This document shows positions 33,909 through 41,132 of a stretch of 41,132 bases of DNA, piece after piece. The first letter of the stretch is position 1. The number at the start of each line of letters is the position of its first letter. The position numbers and the translations under genes were made by a program. The notes below the pieces were generated by a model. The model ran no database searches. It worked only from the letters and a program-made list of their open reading frames with translations, and was not told the DNA's origin. The DNA comes from Candidatus Aenigmatarchaeota archaeon (lineage in GTDB: Archaea; Aenigmatarchaeota; Aenigmatarchaeia; CG10238-14; SCSR01), in contig JBDRGB010000024.1 of the NCBI GenBank assembly GCA_043818155.1, forward strand, positions 1-41,132, written 5' to 3'.

Positions 33909-34172
33909 TTGGAAATGATGTGGCCGGAAAACGAGTTCACGAGGTTCGAGGTCGCGCGGTTGGTCGGTGCGCGCGCGCTCCAGATAGCGCTCGGCGCGCC
34001 CGTGCTCGTCAAGTCCGAGGAGACCGACTCGATAACTCTCGCCAAGGAAGAGTTCAGGAAGAAGATGATACCTATAACCGTGAAGCGCGAGCTGCCGGAC
34101 AAGACGAAGGTCGCGGTGGCCGCGCGAGCTGCAATCGAGAATTGGATGAAAAGGTACAACGGCGAGATTTAG
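33909..34172 (+). CDS. rpoK: DNA-directed RNA polymerase subunit K (Rpo6)
   Basis: TRFEVARLVGARALQIALGAP signature. Follows rpoN. Confidence 0.85.
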   Translation: MEMMWPENEFTRFEVARLVGARALQIALGAPVLVKSEETDSITLAKEEFRKKMIPITVKRELPDKTKVAVAARAAIENWMKRYNGEI

Positions 34173-35044
34173 ACAGCGTAAAACTTACTCAACCTGTTTA
34201 TCACGCTTCTCCTCGTTTCTTCGATTCTCTTGTCGAGCGAAGACCTTTCCATCAAGTATTCATGAATCGTGTTGAGACTCATTTTCTTAATTAATGGGAG
34301 TAGAGCCTTGTCCAAATCCGTTATCGTGAGATTGCTGTTTTTGTCGATGGTGCGCAGAGATTTTAGCATCTCCGGAAAAAGCGAATAGAATTTCATCTTG
34401 TCGAACAAGTGCGGGAACCGTCCATCTTCAACCAGCGCTTTCATCTGATGTTTGCATATGAGATTGCCATACGGTTTCGGCTCGTCGGGCTGGTATAGTA
34501 TCCGGTCGTATTCCTCTGTTGCCGCTTCGAACCATCTCGAATAATAGTCCTGCGGCATCGAGCAGTTGTTCCCTTTTTTAGTCACGGCCCCGCATGTGCA
34601 CCTGCCTTCGTAGTTAAGGAAGCTGAGAAATTCGTTGAACACGTCCTCGTCGGTTGCCTTCCATTTAGGAACGGGGTAGGGTAGGTTGCCAGCGTTCACA
34701 AAGTACGACAGCCTCTCTTTCTCCATGGACGACACTTTGGCGACAAAATCCCTCTTGCACTCCCTCGCTAACTTGTCGCATGGATAGTACTGGATGACCC
34801 GGAATTTTTCTAAGAGCTCCTTCTTTATGGTCTTGAACCGCTCGAGGTATGTGCTTGTGTAGTCTATGATGTCAGGGTCCCAGCCGAACTTTACCATCTC
34901 CTCCGGGTTGTACATCGAGAGAAACACCGAGCTTGCCCGCAGCACGTTCGACCTCCTGCCATGTACATACCTGGAGTTCGCCGACTCTAGCGGTATTGGC
35001 CACGATATCGTCCCTTCGGATACGAGAATCGATGTGTACGGCAT
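34169..35044 (-). CDS. Hypothetical protein (291 aa), AT-rich orphan
   Basis: Long ORF in a lower-GC segment. Start chosen at MPYTSILV, downstream of a CTATTTAAAAG TATA-like box on the minus strand; the track start is 35071. No family recognised. Confidence 0.55.
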   Translation of the reverse strand: MPYTSILVSEGTISWPIPLESANSRYVHGRRSNVLRASSVFLSMYNPEEMVKFGWDPDIIDYTSTYLERFKTIKKELLEKFRVIQYYPCDKLARECKRDFVAKVSSMEKERLSYFVNAGNLPYPVPKWKATDEDVFNEFLSFLNYEGRCTCGAVTKKGNNCSMPQDYYSRWFEAATEEYDRILYQPDEPKPYGNLICKHQMKALVEDGRFPHLFDKMKFYSLFPEMLKSLRTIDKNSNLTITDLDKALLPLIKKMSLNTIHEYLMERSSLDKRIEETRRSVINRLSKFYAV

Positions 35045-35129
35045 ACCAATTAATTGACATTGGTCGCGCAACTTTTAAATAGGTATGCAACTACTGCCGT
35101 ATCGGACGCCGCAGGCGCCGCCGTCCCGG

Positions 35130-36068
35130 CTACTCCAAAAACTCCACGTCGTCGATCCTTCCGTCCGCGTCCTTGTCGATTCCGCGGACCACGCGCGCCA
35201 CGCCCGCCTCGAACGCGTTGCCCGCCTGCACGTCGCGCATGCGCTTGACCAGCGCCACGATGGCTGCGCGCGTGCCCTTGAAGCGTATGCCCGACAGTAC
35301 GAGCACGAACTTGCCGTTGGCGCCGTTCTTGCCGCTTCTCGCCAGCGGGTTGCGCATCTTGACGATTATGCCGATGTCGTCGCCGCTGTACACGGACTTT
35401 GTGAAGCTGGAAACGACGTTGAAGTCGTGCTTCGGGTCGAAGTACACTGGCAGGTCGTGGTTGAACCTGTCTATCACGGTGTTCGTCTTCGGCCCGCCTA
35501 TCACTATCAGGTTCCCGCGCAGGTCCGCGTCCGTGACCTCGGTGTCGAGCTTGTAGTTCGGATGCGCGGTCTTCAGGAACGTGCCTAGGAAAAGCGCGAG
35601 GTCTATGCCCACGCTGCCGTCCAGCGCCTGGCCGCCGTACTTGCCGTGCGGGTCGGGCGAGCCGACCACTATCGTGGCATCCAGCCTGCCGCCTGATATG
35701 AAAGGCTGGAAGAACTCTATCTCCCTGATCTTGGTCTTCACGTCCGTCAGCGACTCGCCGTCGAAAATCTTGATTGCCAGGTAGGGGTGCGAGACCGCGT
35801 ATATCTTCGCCGTGGCTCCGGCCCGCGCCTCCGTGCCCTTGAGCATGATTATCCCCGAGCCCTCCAGCCTCCGGAGGTGGTAGTATATCTTCTGCTCGTG
35901 CTCCTTCAGCCTGCGCGCGATGTCCATTGCGCAGCTCGGCCGCTTCGAGAGCTCGTTCAGTATCCGCTGCGCAAGGTCGCTGTTCAGCACGCTGAACTTT
36001 TTCGGGTTCAGCTGCAGCGCGCGGTACGCCTTCTGCCCGTCGCTTGTCTCCTCGACGAAGTATGTCAT
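35130..36068 (-). CDS. ArsR-type winged-helix regulator fused to an uncharacterised ~220-aa C-terminal domain
   Basis: The N-terminal segment LAQRILNELSKRPSCAMDIARRLKEHEQKIYYHLRRLEGSGII looks like an ArsR/HTH_20 fold. The C-terminal domain was not recognised. Confidence 0.68.
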   Translation of the reverse strand: MTYFVEETSDGQKAYRALQLNPKKFSVLNSDLAQRILNELSKRPSCAMDIARRLKEHEQKIYYHLRRLEGSGIIMLKGTEARAGATAKIYAVSHPYLAIKIFDGESLTDVKTKIREIEFFQPFISGGRLDATIVVGSPDPHGKYGGQALDGSVGIDLALFLGTFLKTAHPNYKLDTEVTDADLRGNLIVIGGPKTNTVIDRFNHDLPVYFDPKHDFNVVSSFTKSVYSGDDIGIIVKMRNPLARSGKNGANGKFVLVLSGIRFKGTRAAIVALVKRMRDVQAGNAFEAGVARVVRGIDKDADGRIDDVEFLE

Positions 36069-36357
36069 CGTTTAGCCTCGCATTCTCCCGCAGATTAAAA
36101 CTATGATTTTACCCTTATAAATACTTTTTGTATGGTCGCGGTGTTTTAAGCCACTTTCGGCCCCAAAGCCGCCGGCTCTAAAGGAAACCTTTTAGATTCC
36201 TTTTATAGCGTTTTCCTGCCTAATAACAAACTAAAGGAGGGACGAGCAAGCCAAAACCCCACAGAGGAGACTTGTATTGCAGGATTCTGCATGATGCAAA
36301 TTGGCCGCCAAGCTCTCCCTCCCCAATACAATTGTCGGCAGTAAAGGTTGGTGCGAG

Positions 36358-36495
36358 ATGCAGAACGACGTCGAATGCCCGAAATGCAACTCGCCGGCAG
36401 TACGCCTCACGAGCGGAACGCATCCGGTCACGTACGAGTGCGCGGACTGCGGTCACGGCTTCGTGAAGGGCAGGAACATGCTGACAGAGGAATGA
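36358..36495 (+). CDS. Small zinc-ribbon protein (45 aa)
   Basis: MQNDVECPKCNS...YECADCGHGF has CxxC-x17-CxxC spacing. AAAGGTTGGTG lies upstream of the ATG. Confidence 0.45.
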   Translation: MQNDVECPKCNSPAVRLTSGTHPVTYECADCGHGFVKGRNMLTEE

Positions 36496-36529
36496 GACGG
36501 GGCTCGGATTTTTGGAGTGATGATTCGAC

Positions 36530-38303
36530 ATGTGCGGGATAATAGGATACGTGGGCGCCAAGGACGCGGCGCCGATCATATTCAACGGCCTCAAGAGGCT
36601 TGAGTACAGGGGGGTACGACTCGGCCGGCATAGCCATAGTGGCGCCGGACGGCAGCACGGACATAAGGAAGGACGTCGGCCGCGTGGACGCGATAAACGA
36701 GAAGCTGCGCTTCCTCGGCATGCAGGGCACCATCGGCATAGGCCACACGAGGTGGGCGACGCACGGGGGCGTGACGCAGAAGAACGCGCACCCGCACGTC
36801 TCGAACAACGGGAAGATAACCGTCATACACAACGGTATAGTGGAGAACTACCAGGAGATAAAGCGAATGCTGGCCGGCAACGGGTTCACGTTCTACGGCG
36901 AGACCGACACCGAGACGATTCCGAACCTCATCGAGTTCGAGATGCGCAAGGGTAAGGACTTCGAGGCCGCGGCGCGCGACGCAATCAAGCAGCTCGAGGG
37001 CTACTATGCGGTGCTGGCAATGTTCGACGGGGAGCGCAAGATTGTGGCGTCTCGCGACGGCTCGCCGCTAGTTGCGGGCGTCGGCGCGGGCGAGAACTTC
37101 ATCGGCAGCGACATCCCCGCCTTTCTGGAGCATACGAAGACGGTCATGTACATACACGACAAGGATTTCGTCGTCATCGACGACCGCGGCATACGGTTCA
37201 AGGATTTGGACGGCAACGCAGTCGAGCGGCCGGTGCACAGCATAGACTGGAGCCTGGATCAGGCGCAGAAGGGCGACTTCGACCACTTCATGATGAAGGA
37301 GATATCCGAGCAGGTCGACACCGTCCAGAAGGCTGCGAACCAGGACATGGACACTCTTTTAGCGGTAGCGGACGCCGTGCGCGATGCTAAAGGCATCTTC
37401 CTCGTTGCGTGCGGCAGTTCCTACCACGCGTGCATGAGCGCGAGCTACATCTTCTCGAAGATAGCGAACATGCACGTGAACGTCGTGCTCGCGTCCGAGT
37501 TCAGCAACTACGAGCACTTCCTCACGCCCGAGACGCTCGTCATCGCGGTGTCGCAGAGCGGTGAGACGATTGATGTTTTGGACGCGGTCAGGACCGCGCG
37601 AAAGAAAGGAAGCAAGGTCATGTCCATCGTGAACGTGATGGGCTCCTCGCTGCACCGCAACTCCGACAAGTCGCTCATGCTGAACGCCGGGCCGGAGATA
37701 TGCGTGCTGAGCACGAAGACGTACACGGCGCAGCTTGCCGTGCTTTCGCTGCTCGCGTACGCGGTGGCCGGCCGCTACGAGGAGGGTAGGCAGAGTCTGC
37801 AATATCTGTGGAACATCATATACAACCTCACGGCCGCGAACACGCGCGATTACATCAAGCAGCTCGCGGACAAGCTGAAGGACAGGGAGCACGTGTTCCT
37901 TATAGGCCGCGGGCTGCAGTACCCGACCGCGCTCGAGGCGGCGCTGAAGGTGAAGGAGGTCTCGTACATACACGCCGAGGGCTTCTCGGGCGGCGAGCTG
38001 AAGCACGGCACGATCGCCTTGATCGAAACGGGCACGCCGTGCATAGTCTTCAGCTCCGCGGACAACGAGAAGGAGATAATATCGAACGCGATGGAGATCA
38101 AGGCGCGTGGCGGCTACATCATAGGAGTGAACGCCCACAGCAACGAAGTCTTCGACTTTTTCATCAAGGCGCCGGACGTCGGGCTGCTCAACCCGATAAC
38201 GCAGATAATCCCAATACAGATCCTCGCATACCAGCTCGCGGTGCTGCGCGGGTGCGATCCAGATATGCCTCGAAATCTTGCTAAATCAGTCACGGTTAAA
38301 TAG
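36530..38303 (+). CDS. glmS: Glutamine--fructose-6-phosphate aminotransferase, reading frame broken by one extra G (G6 run at 36609-36614)
   Basis: MCGIIGYVG...LKRLEYRG is read in the frame starting at 36530. YDSAGIAIV... and the two SIS domains continue in the +1 frame (track ORF 36600..38303). Removing one G restores the conserved LEYRGYDSAG. Confidence 0.85.
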
Positions 38304-38334
38304 AAGTCCGTACAAAGTAAAAAATGGGCATTGT

Positions 38335-38844
38335 ATGGTATACACGAAAGAGCAAAGAAAGGAAAGATATTATAAACTTAAAGGACGAGGGATTTGCGTT
38401 AGTTGTGAATGCAGACCTGCGAAACCCGGCAACGTGAGATGTTTAAAATGCATAGAGAAAGTGTCGGAAAGGAACAAACTTCAATGGAAAAAAGTGGTGG
38501 AAAGTTTTACCAACATTCCAGAAAAAGGACATCGAAAAATTGTGTTCAGGAGGCTCGGGATATCGGACAGGTTGATTCCAAGACCGGACGGCGTGGACAA
38601 AAATGGAGTATTTGTGGAGTTGAAGAAGGCGATGCCGCGATTCGTGCATGGGTCATTCACAAAGAAGTCGAAATACTTTCCAGAATTATATTTTAAGAAA
38701 CATTCTACAGAATGGGACTCGGAATTCGTAGACAAACAAATAGAAGCAGATTTGAGGTTTTTGAAAAAAATTAGGGTAATAATAGTCAAAGCCAACGAAC
38801 TTGGAAAAGTTTTAGAAGATAAAACATTCCCTCAAGAGATGTGA
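38335..38844 (+). CDS. Zn-finger plus PD-(D/E)XK-like nuclease-fold protein (169 aa), AT-rich
   Basis: N-terminal CVSC-x13-CLKC. Central PDGVDKNGVFVELKK fits a PD...(D/E)xK nuclease motif. About 35-38% GC. Confidence 0.55.
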   Translation: MVYTKEQRKERYYKLKGRGICVSCECRPAKPGNVRCLKCIEKVSERNKLQWKKVVESFTNIPEKGHRKIVFRRLGISDRLIPRPDGVDKNGVFVELKKAMPRFVHGSFTKKSKYFPELYFKKHSTEWDSEFVDKQIEADLRFLKKIRVIIVKANELGKVLEDKTFPQEM

Positions 38845-38848
38845 TTAC

Positions 38849-40198
38849 ATGGAAATCGACCGCACGATATTCCGCGCGTACGACATACGCGGCGTGTATG
38901 GGCAGAACCTCACCGAAGAGGTAGCCGAGAAGATAGGCATGGCCGCCGGGAAGCACGCGACCGGGACTTTCACCGTAGGCAGGGACTTCAGGTCGCACGG
39001 GAAGGCGCTGGAAGACGCATTCGTCTCGGGCCTGCTCAAGGTCGGCTGCGACGTGAACCTCGTCGGGGTCGGGCCTACGATACTGCCCGTGTTCGCGAAC
39101 TGGATTATGAAGAACGACGTGGCTGCGTGCATAACGGGATCGCACCTCACTGCCGAATGGAACGGGATTAAGCTCTTCAGGCAGGACGGCGTCGGGTTCT
39201 TCGAGCACGAGAACAAGAGGCTCGGCGAGCTGGCGGCGTCCGAGCTGGAAGCGGCTGTGGAACGCGGCGTAGTGAAGGAGCTCGACAACGTGGAGGAACA
39301 GTACATAAAATTCGTCAAAGAGAACGTCAAGCCGGAAAAGGTAAAGGTCGTTATAGATTTCGGCAACGGAGCCGCCTGCCTCCTGGTGCCGAAGATAATC
39401 GACGCGTTGGGCAACGTGGAAGCCGTATACCTTTTCGACACGCCCGACGCCACGTTCCCGAACAGGAATCCCGAACCCGACGACGAGTCGCTGTCCGAAC
39501 TGAAGAGAAGGGTCGTGGCCGAGAAGGCCGATCTCGGCATCGCGTTCGACGGGGACGGCGACAGGGTGGTGTTCGTGGACGACGAAGGCAAGTTCCTGAT
39601 GCCCGAGGAGTCGTCAGTCCTTTTCATAAGGGACATAATGAAGTCCAGGAAGGGCTGCGTGGTCGCGAACATCGAATGCTCGAGCATAATCGAAGAGGAG
39701 GTCGGGAAGTTCGGGCAGAAGGTGGTGAGGATACCGGTCGGGCACACGTTCCTCGTGCAAGAGACGAAGAGGAACGACGCCGTGTTCGGCATAGAGAAGA
39801 GCGGGCACCTGACGATACCAAAGTTCTACTGGTTCGACGACGCGATACTCAACGGCATGTACATGATCGAACTCGTCTCCAAGCTCGGAAGCAAGGTCTC
39901 CGAGCTGAGGAAGGGCATACCGAAGAGGTTCTTCAAGAGGTTCAAGGCGGACTGCCCGGACGATATGAAGGGCAATATTATGGACAGGTTGAAGGAGAAG
40001 TTCGCAGCCAAGTACGAGAACGTCAACACCATGGACGGCGTCAGGGTCGATTTCGCGGACGGCTGGATACTCATGAGGGTGTCTAACACGTCGCCTATGA
40101 TACGCCTGTCCATAGAGGCGAAGGACGAGAAGAGGCTGCAGCAGCTGTACGAGGAATTCTTTTCCGCGCTGGACGAGGAAGTGAAGAGGGTGGCGTAG
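38849..40198 (+). CDS. glmM: Phosphoglucosamine/phosphomannomutase (alpha-D-phosphohexomutase family)
   Basis: FRAYDIRG N-terminus, phosphoserine loop ITGSHLTAEWNGIK, metal loop FDGDGDR, and GIEKSGH sugar loop. Confidence 0.87.
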   Translation: MEIDRTIFRAYDIRGVYGQNLTEEVAEKIGMAAGKHATGTFTVGRDFRSHGKALEDAFVSGLLKVGCDVNLVGVGPTILPVFANWIMKNDVAACITGSHLTAEWNGIKLFRQDGVGFFEHENKRLGELAASELEAAVERGVVKELDNVEEQYIKFVKENVKPEKVKVVIDFGNGAACLLVPKIIDALGNVEAVYLFDTPDATFPNRNPEPDDESLSELKRRVVAEKADLGIAFDGDGDRVVFVDDEGKFLMPEESSVLFIRDIMKSRKGCVVANIECSSIIEEEVGKFGQKVVRIPVGHTFLVQETKRNDAVFGIEKSGHLTIPKFYWFDDAILNGMYMIELVSKLGSKVSELRKGIPKRFFKRFKADCPDDMKGNIMDRLKEKFAAKYENVNTMDGVRVDFADGWILMRVSNTSPMIRLSIEAKDEKRLQQLYEEFFSALDEEVKRVA

Positions 40199-40199
40199 G

Positions 40200-41132
40200 A
40201 TGAAGGCAGTGATACTCGCCGGCGGGAAGGGCACGAGGATGCTGCCGCTCACACACACGAGACCGAAGGTGCTGCTGCCGCTAGCGGGCAAGCCAATCAT
40301 CCGGCACATGGTCGACGACCTTGTATCGCTGGCAGGCGAAGGAATAGACATCGACGAGATAGTCATCGTGGCGAACTACCTCGAGGAAAAAATAAAAGAC
40401 TTCTTCTCGGCGCAGGACTGCGGCGTGAAAATCACGTTCATGCACCAGCCCGAGACGAAAGGCACGGGCGACGCCCTTAGGGCCGCCGGCCGCATCGGAG
40501 AGCCGTTCTTCGCGATCAACGGCGACGAGACGTTCGACCGCGGGACGTTCGTGAATCTCGCCCGCGCGTTCAAGGAAAAGGCCGCGCTGGCCGTCATAGG
40601 CGTGGCCGAGGTCGAGAAGCCACAGCTCTACGGCGTGCTCGAGGTGGACGGCGAAGGTAGGCTGCTGCGTCTGCTGGAGAAGCCGTCCGAGCCGCCGTGC
40701 AACCTGGTGAACGCGGGCGTGTACATGTTCGCGCCGGACATATTCGACTACATCGAGCGGCTGCAGCCGAGCGCGAGAGGAGAGTACGAGCTCACCGACG
40801 CCATAATCGCGATGCGCGACGAGACGCAGCTAGTGTACTGCGCGCCGGCCGAAGGCTGGAAGAGCGTGTCGGTGCCATGGGACCTGCTGGACGCTAACGC
40901 GGCGAAGCTGGCCGGGCTCGCGAAGAAGGAAGATAAGAACGTGATTATCGGAAAGAACGTGGAGCTCAAGCCGGGCGTGCACATCGAGGGCAACGTCTTC
41001 ATCGGCGACGGTTCCGTAATCGGCCCGAACTGCTACATACGCGGCGACACATCCATAGGCAGGAACTGCAGGATCGGGAACGGCGTCGAAATCAAGAATT
41101 CGATTATCATGGACGACAGCAACGTCCCGCAC
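40200..41132 (+). CDS. Bifunctional sugar-1-phosphate nucleotidyltransferase/acetyltransferase (archaeal GlmU-like), truncated at the 3' end by the window edge
   Basis: Not in the ORF track because there is no stop inside the window. MKAVILAGGKGTRMLPLT...KP nucleotidyltransferase motif, followed by left-handed beta-helix hexapeptide repeats (IGKNVELKPGVHIEGNVFIGDGSVIGPNCYIRG...). Confidence 0.85.
   Translation, partial: MKAVILAGGKGTRMLPLTHTRPKVLLPLAGKPIIRHMVDDLVSLAGEGIDIDEIVIVANYLEEKIKDFFSAQDCGVKITFMHQPETKGTGDALRAAGRIGEPFFAINGDETFDRGTFVNLARAFKEKAALAVIGVAEVEKPQLYGVLEVDGEGRLLRLLEKPSEPPCNLVNAGVYMFAPDIFDYIERLQPSARGEYELTDAIIAMRDETQLVYCAPAEGWKSVSVPWDLLDANAAKLAGLAKKEDKNVIIGKNVELKPGVHIEGNVFIGDGSVIGPNCYIRGDTSIGRNCRIGNGVEIKNSIIMDDSNVPH

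Noticed and set aside
36600-38303. Treating the 567-aa ORF (TTG start at 36600) as the complete glmS gene.
   Set aside because: It would lack the obligatory N-terminal catalytic Cys (MCGI...), which is encoded 70 nt upstream in the -1 frame. The two parts join perfectly if one G of the G6 run is removed.

Overview
Archaeal chromosomal window, about 58-60% GC by eye. It is dominated by translation and transcription housekeeping genes. There are three AT-rich islands (about 33-43% GC) and three tRNA genes, two of which contain introns.

Layout:
- 1-5.2 kb: tyrS, an APC permease, serS and an A24 prepilin-type peptidase.
- 5.3-14.6 kb, minus strand: the first half of the ribosomal-protein supercluster, rpl3-rpl4-rpl23-rpl2-rps19-rpl22-rps3-rpl29-SUI1-(antisense ASCH gene)-Rpp29-rps17-rpl14-rpl24-rps4e-rpl5-(extra ORF)-rps14. 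The 54-aa rps14 is absent from the supplied ORF track.
- 14.8-16.8 kb: HIT protein, PK-C-like protein, tRNA-Gly(UCC) and a HAD-like ORF.
- 17.0-27.5 kb, plus strand: the second half, rps8-rpl6-rpl32e-rpl19e-rpl18-rps5-rpl30-rpl15-secY-DUF106 insertase-rpl34e-rpl14e, then three inserted genes (two are surface proteins), then cbf5.
- 27.5-29.2 kb: OB-fold protein, intron-containing tRNA-Ser(UGA), NUDIX hydrolase and a membrane protein.

The strongest candidate for something new is at 29.29-30.41 kb. A tRNA-Gly(CCC) gene has perfectly complementary acceptor halves about 1.1 kb apart. An AT-rich insertion of about 1.03 kb sits in its D-arm and is almost entirely filled by a double-motif LAGLIDADG homing-endonuclease ORF. 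The same gene also carries a 13-nt canonical anticodon-loop intron.

Downstream features:
- a circularly permuted GTPase;
- a 0.4 kb GC-rich non-coding locus with repeats and long complementary arms (candidate structured RNA);
- a truncated tRNA-Gly-like copy;
- rpl18e-rpl13-rps9-rpoN-rpoK;
- an AT-rich orphan gene and an ArsR-like fusion protein;
- a glmS-glmM-glmU-like operon, in which glmS is broken by one extra G in a G6 run and an AT-rich Zn-finger/PD-(D/E)XK nuclease-like gene lies between glmS and glmM.

No CRISPR array, rRNA gene or classical IS/transposase was seen. Several genes have a TATA-like box about 26 nt upstream of the ATG, which suggests leaderless transcripts. All functional calls come from motif recognition by eye. 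No database search was run.
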